The translations under genes and the position numbers were made by a program. From an uncultured Bacillota bacterium (GTDB lineage: Bacteria > Bacillota > Clostridia > Christensenellales > Borkfalkiaceae): a stretch of 43,621 nt of DNA. Location: contig CASDPM010000108.1 of assembly GCA_949282465.1 (NCBI GenBank), forward strand, positions 1 through 43,621, written 5' to 3'. Numbering within the stretch: position 1 is the stretch's first letter; each line of letters begins with the position of its first letter. The notes beneath the pieces are model-generated. The model worked only from the letters and a program-made list of their open reading frames with translations, was not told the DNA's origin and did no database searches. Below are positions 24,402-33,133 of the stretch, in pieces.

Positions 24402-26297
24402 TTAATTTGATCCGTATACCCATTGAGGCAACGTCATATATTTATCAGCTGAACCAAAAAGTTTTACTTCGGGCGCGGTGTAGGACGGATCGTTCTTCGG
24501 CCATGCGTAAGTTACGCCCATTGCCTCTTTATAACTTAAGAAACATTTGTTTCTGAATGCAAGCCATTCGGTGGCGCCTTCAGAATAACTCTTTGCCAAA
24601 GCCACGTCGTATATTTCCTTTGCCTTCGCATTGCTGTTTGCCATTATCATCTTCGGCAAAGCTTCGATCCACGTTGCTTCTATGTCCGCCTGTCTGTCTA
24701 TATATTTATTAAGCTCTTTTCGGTCGCTGGTATCCAGCGGGAATCTGAACAGCGTTCTCGAGAAAGTGTTGTCAAAATACGTTTTTTTGATCTTATAACT
24801 TGCCCAGTGTGCAGGAGTAACTATTCCGGCATAATCGTCGTATTCGGAAACCATACGCGCGTACATGGAATTTACGAGCGGGGAAAGTCTGCCAAGTCCC
24901 AAAGTCGTTACGGGGACTCTATTCCCTTCCGAAACAGCTTTCTTAAGCTGTTCCGTCGGTTCAATCAGACCGTAGGTAGATACTTTCCCGGTTTTGGGAT
25001 TTATTTCGCCCGGGCGAATCTTGTAAGTATAATATTCGCCTTCGGTCTCGCCGTATATCATTTCGCGTTGACCCTGTTCGCTCATAAGATAGTCGAGCAC
25101 CTTTATTACGCGGTCTTCTCTCTTGCAGTTTTTGGTAATCATAACGTTGTAAAGTCCGCGACCTGCGTAATCCATAAGAAGCGGAGCGTCGCCGGCTTCA
25201 TTGGTAAGCATTATACTTACGTACTCGTTTGCTTCGTTGACGGTGTTATTATCTTTGTTGTATCCGCTCTGCTCGCGCATGGATATCTGCTTATTGTTGT
25301 TCTGATTGTTACCTATCGAAGCAAACGACTTACCGTTCACTATCTGGGTTTTACAATCGTTTACGCTGTAAGCAAAGTTAGAAGAAGAAATAAGCTTATT
25401 AGTGTATAAATCGTTCAGAAAATATATTACGTCCACGAACTCTTTAGTATCGTACTGATAGACCAGATTGCCTTCAGAATCTTCGTAAGGCACGCTGAAA
25501 AATTCCATAAGCCCGGTCAGACTGTAAGATATAACGTCGTTTACCGCCGTTTTAAGGAATGGCGTTAGTAATACGGTGGGGTTAGAGTTGGAAAGTCCTT
25601 TCTCACGCTTAACCCACTTACACATTTCAATAAAACCCGAAGGTTTGGTTATTGTCGTATTTTCGTCGAAAGAGGGATCAATGCCTTTTTTGTATTCTAT
25701 ATAGTCGTTAAGCCAGTCTAGTCTGACGATTACGTCGCAAAGAGAATACTGTTTTCCGCCCATTTCCTCAAACTCCTTGAGATCGGCGTCGTTGTAGAAG
25801 TTTGAAGCAAGCGTATAAGTGTTGCCGTCGGAAGCTTTATAGTAGTCCCAGTGTTCCTGCGATACGCGTTTTAAAAGGCTAGGCGCATAACTTTGTGCAA
25901 GCTTGTTTATTGCATAACAATATCCTTCTTCGGCAAGCTGAACCCTGAGCGACATATCGTTCAACGAAATTATGTCGGGAAGTTTTCCGCCCGCAATAGC
26001 GGTATTAAGCTCCGCGTGGTCGTTGTTAAGCGCAGTCTGAAAATTGACTTTTACTCCCGTTCTCTTATAAATAAGTTCTTCGTATTCCTGACTTGCCCAA
26101 GCAAAGTCCATCAGCCAGTTGATCTCCACGTCCTCGTCCGTAGGATCGATCTGAAGCCATGAATCTACGTTCGGGTCGTAATCGGTAGAATATCTGGTAT
26201 AGTCCGCGTCGCTATTTTCTTTCGAATCAAAGCAAGCAGTTAAGCTACCGAACATCATAACTACAACGACTAATAGTATAACAATCCTTTTTTTCAT
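24402..26297 (-). CDS. ABC transporter extracellular solute-binding lipoprotein (large LplA-like type)
   Basis: 631 aa. Lipobox MKKRIVILLVVVVMMFGSLTAC. The size and its position downstream of LplB/LplC-like permeases fit this type. Confidence 0.8.
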   Translation of the reverse strand: MKKRIVILLVVVVMMFGSLTACFDSKENSDADYTRYSTDYDPNVDSWLQIDPTDEDVEINWLMDFAWASQEYEELIYKRTGVKVNFQTALNNDHAELNTAIAGGKLPDIISLNDMSLRVQLAEEGYCYAINKLAQSYAPSLLKRVSQEHWDYYKASDGNTYTLASNFYNDADLKEFEEMGGKQYSLCDVIVRLDWLNDYIEYKKGIDPSFDENTTITKPSGFIEMCKWVKREKGLSNSNPTVLLTPFLKTAVNDVISYSLTGLMEFFSVPYEDSEGNLVYQYDTKEFVDVIYFLNDLYTNKLISSSNFAYSVNDCKTQIVNGKSFASIGNNQNNNKQISMREQSGYNKDNNTVNEANEYVSIMLTNEAGDAPLLMDYAGRGLYNVMITKNCKREDRVIKVLDYLMSEQGQREMIYGETEGEYYTYKIRPGEINPKTGKVSTYGLIEPTEQLKKAVSEGNRVPVTTLGLGRLSPLVNSMYARMVSEYDDYAGIVTPAHWASYKIKKTYFDNTFSRTLFRFPLDTSDRKELNKYIDRQADIEATWIEALPKMIMANSNAKAKEIYDVALAKSYSEGATEWLAFRNKCFLSYKEAMGVTYAWPKNDPSYTAPEVKLFGSADKYMTLPQWVYGSN

Positions 26298-26398
26298 TTT
26301 ATTTTATGCTCCTTATATTTTTTTGCGACGTAAAGAAGATCCACGTCACATTTATTTAACGTTTAAATAATCGGTTTTTCGCAAGCAAGCGAATCGCC

Positions 26399-27280
26399 TT
26401 ATCCTTTCAGCGAGCCCATCATTATGCCTTTTGAAAAATACTTCGATACGAAAGGATACATCAATATGATCGGAATCGTAGATATAATAATCGCAGCGAA
26501 AGAAAGCGTCTGCGAACTTACTTCGGCGTAATACTGACTTTCCACTCCGGACATATCGCCTTCTCTTATCAGTTTCATTAGGTAATATTGCATCAGCCAT
26601 ATATTGTTTCTCTTTGACGTATAAAGCATGGTCGGCATATAAGAATTCCATTTGGAAACCGCTATCCAGAGCCCTACTGTTGCGAGAGCGGGTTTTGCAA
26701 GCGGCATGAATATCGTCAGCCATATTCTTATTTCTCCGGCGCCGTCCACTACAGCCGCTTCGTAAAGACTATCGTCTATACCCTTGAAAAAGTTGCTTAG
26801 AACTATCATATTGAATACAGAGTAAAACGACGGAATCAAGTAAACCCAGAAAGTATCGTACAAACCTGTTAAAACTATAACCATATACGAAGGAATCATA
26901 CCGCCGTGGAAAAACATGGTTATCAGGTTTGCAAACCAGAAAAATTTCTTTCCGCGAAGTTTCTTGTTGCTTATCGCATATGCAACACAACTGGTCAAAA
27001 TCAGCGCAACGACCAGAGTAATAAAGGTAGAAAAAAAAGTATTTAAAAAGGACAAATAAAGTCTTGCGTCGCTTAAAACGACGCTGTAGCTTGCCCAGGT
27101 AAATTTTCTCGGAATCAACCATATGGGACCGTACATAGTATCCATAGCGTCGTTAAGACTGCCTGCTATAGTGTATAAAAACGGATAAAAGGAAAGTAAC
27201 GCAAAAAGTGCCAAAACGGTATAGATTATTACGTCAAAAGCGTTAAATTTATCTCCGCAAACGTGATTTGTTTTTTTCAT
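26399..27280 (-). CDS. carbohydrate ABC transporter permease (LplC-like)
   Basis: 293 aa polytopic protein. EAA loop YEAAVVDGAGEIRIWLTIFMP. Confidence 0.85.
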   Translation of the reverse strand: MKKTNHVCGDKFNAFDVIIYTVLALFALLSFYPFLYTIAGSLNDAMDTMYGPIWLIPRKFTWASYSVVLSDARLYLSFLNTFFSTFITLVVALILTSCVAYAISNKKLRGKKFFWFANLITMFFHGGMIPSYMVIVLTGLYDTFWVYLIPSFYSVFNMIVLSNFFKGIDDSLYEAAVVDGAGEIRIWLTIFMPLAKPALATVGLWIAVSKWNSYMPTMLYTSKRNNIWLMQYYLMKLIREGDMSGVESQYYAEVSSQTLSFAAIIISTIPIILMYPFVSKYFSKGIMMGSLKG

Positions 27281-27281
27281 A

Positions 27282-28232
27282 TCAGTACAATCCTTCTCCC
27301 GTCAGTTTTTTTGCTATTGTATTAGTGGACATCAAAAGTATCAGCGAAATTACACCCTCGAAAAGGCTCAGCGCCGTTGCGGTGGAATAATTACGGTATG
27401 TGAAACCTAAAGAATACATGTATGTCGCAAGAACTCGCGTAGTCGACTGGTTTGCAGTCGTCTGGAATATATAAAACTGTTCGAACGAGTTATTCATAAG
27501 CCTCGATACGTTAAGAAGCAAAAACACCATAACTGTCGGCAATATCTGTGGCAAAGTAATATGGCGAGCGCGCGCGAACCTGTTCGCTCCGTCGATAATC
27601 GCAGCCTCATACAAGGACTGGTCTATCCCCGCTATCGCGGCGGTGTATACTATCGACCCCCACCCCGCGCCTTTTATAATGCTTACGATTATAATCTTTG
27701 GATAAAAATATTGAGCAAGGTTTAGATCAACCGGATTCTCTTTGCTAGATAAACCTAAAACTTCTAGAATAGGATTTACGATCCCGGTATTTGCATCCGT
27801 CAACGAAATTACTATCCCCCCATACACAACCCAGGATATAAAATGCGGAAAGTTGGATAGAACCTGTACCGTTCCGCGGAATTGTTTATGTCTGACCTCG
27901 TTAATCAGCAAAGCAAAAAGAATGGGAATCGGAAAATTGAACAAAAGCATCAGAACATTGATTCTGATCGTGTTCCAGAATACCGCCCAGAAATCTTTAT
28001 CGGCAAAAAGCGCTTTGAAATTATCCAAAGTCCAATCCGCTTCAAACATTGCGTTGATAATATTCAAAGATTTGTTGCCGTCTTTGAATGCGAAAAGAAT
28101 TCCAGCCATCGGCAAATATGAAAAAACAAGCAGAAAAACGAGACTGACCGATGCCATACATATAAGCGTTACGTCACGTTTATTTAACCTGCGGTTTTTT
28201 TTGTTAACAAGTTTTATTTCTGATATGTTCAT
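27282..28232 (-). CDS. carbohydrate ABC transporter permease (LplB-like)
   Basis: 316 aa polytopic protein. EAA loop YEAAIIDGANRFARARHITLP. Confidence 0.85.
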   Translation of the reverse strand: MNISEIKLVNKKNRRLNKRDVTLICMASVSLVFLLVFSYLPMAGILFAFKDGNKSLNIINAMFEADWTLDNFKALFADKDFWAVFWNTIRINVLMLLFNFPIPILFALLINEVRHKQFRGTVQVLSNFPHFISWVVYGGIVISLTDANTGIVNPILEVLGLSSKENPVDLNLAQYFYPKIIIVSIIKGAGWGSIVYTAAIAGIDQSLYEAAIIDGANRFARARHITLPQILPTVMVFLLLNVSRLMNNSFEQFYIFQTTANQSTTRVLATYMYSLGFTYRNYSTATALSLFEGVISLILLMSTNTIAKKLTGEGLY

Positions 28233-28329
28233 TTTCCGTTCCTTCTTTTTTTATACTTAATTACATGCCGGAGACGCTTAAAAATGGGGATTTTTATTGT
28301 TTTCCGTGATTATGTAAGCCGTTTGCCTC

Positions 28330-30867
28330 TTATCCGTTTACGGTAAAACCGTAGTCCCCCGAGCCCACATCAACGATTCTGCTCTCAAAAGGAAGTTTTA
28401 TCCTCGCAGTTGTGTTTGGCGGAATCGTTACTGAATAATTCAGCTTTCCGTCGGAAACCTTTTCGTATTTTACGGACACAATGCCATTGGGAGTTCTGTA
28501 TATGCAACTGAACTTCGTTAGTCCGTCGACGCAAGCAGGTGCAATTTCCATTCGTTTCATACCCGCCACGCCGTCTAGAACCTTAATGCCCGCAACGTAA
28601 CGGAAGAACCATTCGTCGTAAGCGGTAAACATCGGATGACAGTACGAGTGCATGTTTTCTTCAACCTTCGACACCTCTTTCTCCCAGCGTTCCCAGATCG
28701 TGGTCGCACCGTTTTTAAGCATATAACCGAAGGACGGATACTCCTCGTTTTTTAAAATTCTCATAACGACGTCGTTATGTCCGTTTTCTGCAAGAACTTT
28801 GAAAAGATGTCTGTAAGACTGGTTACCGCAGGTCATATGATAGTCCCGACCTTTTACGTCGTTTACTATCGCATCTACGAGCTTTTGTCTGTTTTCTTCT
28901 TCACACAACCCTATCGACACCGCAATGGCGTTCATCGACTGAACGTCGGCGCAATAAGACGCTGTTTCGTCGTTATAATATCTTTCGTTGAAAGCGGTTT
29001 TAGTGCGCGCGGCAAGTTCTTTGTACCGATTCAGATCGTCCTCTTTGCCCAACAATTCCGAAAATTCCGACATCAGCTTATAATACCAATAAAGATAAGC
29101 CGTCGATATTACGGGAATGGGAACAGCTTTGTTCTTTCGCGCTTCACCCGTAACGATGCGGATAGCGGGCACCCAGTCCCCGTAAAGCCCGAGCGACAAT
29201 ATGCCGTTCTCTGACGCGGCAGTCAAATATTCCACCCACTTTTTATAATTGCTATAATTATTTTCAAGCAATTTTTTATTACCATACAGTTCGTAAGAAA
29301 ATTTCGCGATAAGTAAATAAGATATTGAGACGGGATCGGCTATTTCGCCACCGATATAAAAAGGCGCAGTATCCTTTATAGCCCCGTCTGAATTCATCGT
29401 TGCGGTAATATCGTCTGTGATTTTTTCAAAAAAGCGCGTCATGTCGAAATTGTTTACCGTCTGATATAAGCGCGTGCTCAAATCGTTCAGCCACTCCATG
29501 CGTTCGTCTCTCTGGGGACAATCGGTAAGAATTCCGTGGTGATTGCACGCTTCCGTCCTGACAGCTGTTTCATGTAGCACGTTCAGCGTCCCGTCCGAAC
29601 AGACGAAACTGCCGTTTACGCGCGTGTCAGTTCTGATTTTTTCCGCAATGATTTTTTCTATTCTGACCTTTCCGCTGACTGATACGGACGCGTATCTGAA
29701 ACCACGATAAGAGAACGTCGGATTCCATGTTTCGCTTTCTTTTCCGGCAAGAATGTAGACGTCGGTATTCAAGGCGTTACGCATGCTTTTATAATCCGGA
29801 ACACCCTCCTCGTTTAATACTTCGGCATGTTTTATCGTAACCCTCGCGCCACGCTCTCCGTTTACCGTTATTTTACATCTTCCCGTAAGTATTTCGCCAA
29901 AATCGTAAACCGTCTCGTCATCGTTTTGAAACACTTTGACCGGCATCAAGGCTTCCTGAAGCTTTATACTTTCTATGCGTTGCGGTCTGATTGATACGTT
30001 CGGGTCGTGAAGCTTTACCGCAGCGTAAAACCAACCGTTGTTGAGATTGAATTTAGGATTATATTCGCTCCAGTCGCCAAGGCTTTCTTCCAGTCGGGCG
30101 TCGTAAGTCTCCCCGTCGAATACCGAAGTAAAAATCACGGGTGATTTCTTTGCTGTCCACCCTCTTTCGTATTCGCCTGTTTTTACGAACACTTCTTCGC
30201 CGTCGGTAAATTTTACGTAAAAAACGGCGCAAATCTGACTGAACCCGTTCCAACCGTTCGCGGCAATAATTCCCGCACCGTTTTTTTCCTGAACGTATTC
30301 GGTTATGTCGTATGTATTGTAATAATAAAGTTTATTGTAGTCCGATATTACGGGATTAAGTAGATCGTTGCCAATCTTATGCCCGTTGATATAAAACTCA
30401 TGGTTGCCCAGCGCGCACACGTACGCCCGCGCCCGTTCCACTTTTTTAGCCGGCAAAGTAAAATTACGACGGAACGCAATTGCCGCTCCGTTTGCCGAAT
30501 AAGGCAATATTCTGAAAGAAGGTTGCCATAGCTCTTCAAACAGACCGGTTTCAAACGTGTTAATTTCGCTTTCAGCGTTTCCGACGCTCGTTTTTGCCCA
30601 AACCTTAACGTAATAAACGCTGCAAGCGTTAAGCTTTTTGCCATCGTAAACCACGCAGAAATTGTCGCCGGAAACAACTTCCCCCGAATCCCACATATCG
30701 CCTTCGTTATTAAGAAGTTTTTCCAACGAAGACGATACTTTTATGACGTAACTCTTCTGTAAAAGGTTATTTTCCCGTTCGTATTTCCAACTGAACCGCG
30801 GACTTGTATTGTCGAGTCCTATCGGATTTATTTCGTGCTCTGTAGTAAATTCTGTAATTTTTGCCAT
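28330..30867 (-). CDS. alpha-L-rhamnosidase (GH78-like)
   Basis: 845 aa, no signal peptide. The N-terminus EHEINPIGLDNTSPRFSWKY is characteristic of bacterial GH78 N-terminal domains, and the overall size fits. Confidence 0.75.
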   Translation of the reverse strand: MAKITEFTTEHEINPIGLDNTSPRFSWKYERENNLLQKSYVIKVSSSLEKLLNNEGDMWDSGEVVSGDNFCVVYDGKKLNACSVYYVKVWAKTSVGNAESEINTFETGLFEELWQPSFRILPYSANGAAIAFRRNFTLPAKKVERARAYVCALGNHEFYINGHKIGNDLLNPVISDYNKLYYYNTYDITEYVQEKNGAGIIAANGWNGFSQICAVFYVKFTDGEEVFVKTGEYERGWTAKKSPVIFTSVFDGETYDARLEESLGDWSEYNPKFNLNNGWFYAAVKLHDPNVSIRPQRIESIKLQEALMPVKVFQNDDETVYDFGEILTGRCKITVNGERGARVTIKHAEVLNEEGVPDYKSMRNALNTDVYILAGKESETWNPTFSYRGFRYASVSVSGKVRIEKIIAEKIRTDTRVNGSFVCSDGTLNVLHETAVRTEACNHHGILTDCPQRDERMEWLNDLSTRLYQTVNNFDMTRFFEKITDDITATMNSDGAIKDTAPFYIGGEIADPVSISYLLIAKFSYELYGNKKLLENNYSNYKKWVEYLTAASENGILSLGLYGDWVPAIRIVTGEARKNKAVPIPVISTAYLYWYYKLMSEFSELLGKEDDLNRYKELAARTKTAFNERYYNDETASYCADVQSMNAIAVSIGLCEEENRQKLVDAIVNDVKGRDYHMTCGNQSYRHLFKVLAENGHNDVVMRILKNEEYPSFGYMLKNGATTIWERWEKEVSKVEENMHSYCHPMFTAYDEWFFRYVAGIKVLDGVAGMKRMEIAPACVDGLTKFSCIYRTPNGIVSVKYEKVSDGKLNYSVTIPPNTTARIKLPFESRIVDVGSGDYGFTVNG

Positions 30868-30874
30868 ATATTTG

Positions 30875-32143
30875 TTATACTCCCAAAGAAGCTATCGTAA
30901 CCTGTGCGTAAAGTCTTGCCAGATAATCGTTAGGGTGATTTATGTTGTTACCGGTCATGTCCCGGAACCTTTTCCTTTTAAGCAACTCGACGTTCAACGA
31001 CGTTACGTTCGACAATCCGACGTTTTCGTATGCGTCCGATATTTTTTTAAGTTCTGCCTCAAACTTGTCGTGCTCCTTGAAAAAAGGAGTTCCCGAAGCC
31101 GCGGCCGCCGCCGTTTTATTTGGTAACGACGTAGAAATCAGCATTATTTCGACGTCGGGCAGTTCGTCTCTTATATTCTTTACCAGAACGGACATCTTAT
31201 CGTAAAAGTACGCCGCAGTACGTGTTTTATCGTTCATTCCGAAAGCGATAAAAACCAGATCCGGTTCGAATTTAAGCACTCTGTTTTCATAATTGGAAAC
31301 AGCCCAGTTAGAGTCCTGACCGCCTACCGCCATGTTTATATATTCGATAACGCTTTTTTCTTCGCTGTCTGACGAAAGCGTTATGTCGGGGTTGACGTTG
31401 TTTTTATCATTGTTTACGTTATAATTTATCTTGTCATATCCGTATTTGTTTTTCAGATACGAGGTTATCATTTCAGTATATAATTCCGCATTAGGCTTTA
31501 CGCCCGTTTTCTTGCTCGAATTCGCCCCGGTGGTTATACTGTCGCCGTAAAACAAAATTTTGATATCTTCTTTGGCTTCAAGCTTCGCCTTTGCTTTTCG
31601 GAATTTATTGCTTTGTCCCTTCGGCACAGCCCCCGTCCATTTATCGGAATGAGTATAAGTTACGGCTATCTGACGGGACGTAAACGTTTCGCCTTCGCCG
31701 TATAACAAATATTCTCTGCCTTTCTCAAGACTCCTCATTGTGCTCTGAGAGGGATAATACTCGTCTTCCGTAAAATAAGGTATGGAAGAATTTTTTGTTC
31801 TTCTTATCTTGTTTCCGACGATTTCGTAATCCTTTCCCTCTTCATATAAAGTGTCAAGACCATATGAAGTTACCGCTATTATATCGTCGACGTCGTAGAG
31901 CAATTGCGCTTCGTCGTCTTCGCCGAGAAACAGGACCGTTTCGTTATATTCGATAGAACCTTTCCAATACGGTTTAATATACGTGTCCAGATTATACTCA
32001 CTGAAAGGAAGCAATTGCGTATATTCGTTTTCATCTGTATTTCCGGGCGTATCTTCCGTTCCCGGTTTTTCTCCGCAAGACGCCAGACAAAAGGCTAGAA
32101 TCAAAACAAACGCTATCATCCGAAATATGACTTTTTTAAACAA
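30875..32143 (-). CDS. SGNH/GDSL hydrolase family lipoprotein
   Basis: 422 aa. TTG start with GAGGAG SD. Lipobox LILAFCLASC. GDS block ILFYGDSITTG. Confidence 0.75.
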   Translation of the reverse strand: MFKKVIFRMIAFVLILAFCLASCGEKPGTEDTPGNTDENEYTQLLPFSEYNLDTYIKPYWKGSIEYNETVLFLGEDDEAQLLYDVDDIIAVTSYGLDTLYEEGKDYEIVGNKIRRTKNSSIPYFTEDEYYPSQSTMRSLEKGREYLLYGEGETFTSRQIAVTYTHSDKWTGAVPKGQSNKFRKAKAKLEAKEDIKILFYGDSITTGANSSKKTGVKPNAELYTEMITSYLKNKYGYDKINYNVNNDKNNVNPDITLSSDSEEKSVIEYINMAVGGQDSNWAVSNYENRVLKFEPDLVFIAFGMNDKTRTAAYFYDKMSVLVKNIRDELPDVEIMLISTSLPNKTAAAAASGTPFFKEHDKFEAELKKISDAYENVGLSNVTSLNVELLKRKRFRDMTGNNINHPNDYLARLYAQVTIASLGV

Positions 32144-32253
32144 AACCTATATTCTCCTCTTTTTTTCTTTAAAGATACCATAAATTAACCTATCTATCAA
32201 GACATAAACCCGTGATATTTATCATAATTTTTATACTTTTCCGAGTTTAAAAT

Positions 32254-32288
32254 AAAAAGTTCACGGTAAAAATACCCGTGAACTTTTT
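32254..32288. terminator. bidirectional hairpin terminator/insulator upstream of the glycan cluster
   Basis: AAAAAGTTCACGG-TAAAAATAC-CCGTGAACTTTTT. Confidence 0.6.
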
Positions 32289-32864
32289 GTTTTATACGTA
32301 AGATATAAACATTATATATAAACCGCGACAATAAAACTGAATTTTAATTTCTTAGTCAAATGCATAATTATACAAATGTGCATAAAAAATTCAGAATTGA
32401 CGTAAAAAAACCGCTATTCTTTAAGAATAACGGCTTAATTGCATTTTATACTGATTTTTTCTTCAAACGTTTATCCGCTTTAAGCGAAAGCTTTGTACCT
32501 ATACTCTGGAATATCTATAAGAACAATTAGCAGAATTACCGCCACAATCATAATAAGGTATTTTATCGGTAATATAGGGTCAGATAGATTTTATTTTAGC
32601 ACACTATTTTTGATTGACGAAAATCCTTTTAAATGATAAAATATCAATACTCTATGGTATTCCCTATTTTTGAACAACCATAAACCGAGCATTTTTATAA
32701 AAGTCACTAGCCTTGGTTGACTTTTTGGTTGTTCCAAATTTTTGAAGGTGGTAAAAGTTATTTTTCACTTTAAAAATTAGAGAAAATACCACAAATAAAC
32801 TGCAAAAAATATACAACCTACGCAGTTTAGGCATTTTGTAGATCCTATAAAGAGAGAAGAAATA

Positions 32865-32972
32865 CCCTCCTAAGGGCTAGTTCGGGGTTCGATCACCTAG
32901 CGGTGGACCGCAACCCTTTTGTTGCAAAAGCAACATTTCCTCTATTATGGGAATCACCCTGTGGGACCGCCA
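32865..32972 (+). repeat. element X copy 2 fused to a tRNA-Arg(CCU) anticodon-arm copy (pseudo-tRNA with 63 nt in place of one T-loop nucleotide)
   Basis: CCCTCCTAAGGGCTAGTTCGGGGTTCGAT is identical to 13725-13753 of the real tRNA. A 63-nt insert (32894-32956) follows, then CCCTGTGGGACCGCCA, identical to the tRNA 3' end. The upstream GATCCTA could pair 6/7 with TGGGACC, but no D arm is recognisable. Confidence 0.9.
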
Positions 32973-32984
32973 AAAATTTAATAA

Positions 32985-33062
32985 TCAGTCCGTTCGTTAC
33001 CGGTGGATTAGCGGAAATAACCGCAGTGGAGCGAATAGATTTTTAGCCGACCACCTGGGCAG
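32985..33062 (+). ncRNA. ZTP (pfl motif) riboswitch aptamer upstream of pflB
   Basis: The 3' signature CCGACCACCTGGGCA matches the ZTP consensus CCGACCGCCUGGGCA. The upstream ACCGGTGGA supplies a complementary GGTGG for the pseudoknot. GGAGCGAA closes P1 against GTTCG. The P2 hairpin is GCGG-AAATAA-CCGC. The genomic context (pfl) is the one that gave the motif its name. Confidence 0.75.
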
Positions 33063-33133
33063 AACGTATGGGTTTTGTTCGGGTTTTTTTGTACTATTTT
33101 GATAAAAATATACTATAAAAGGAGATATAGAAT

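Noticed and set aside
32360-32530. 56-aa plus-strand ORF (MHNYTNVHKKFRIDVKKPLFFKNNG...) and a 23-aa hydrophobic minus-strand ORF (MIVAVILLIVLIDIPEYRYKAFA) in the 700-bp AT-rich spacer.
   Set aside because: Neither has a convincing SD, and the region is AT-rich, where such ORFs arise by chance. No recognisable motifs are present. Not reported as genes.
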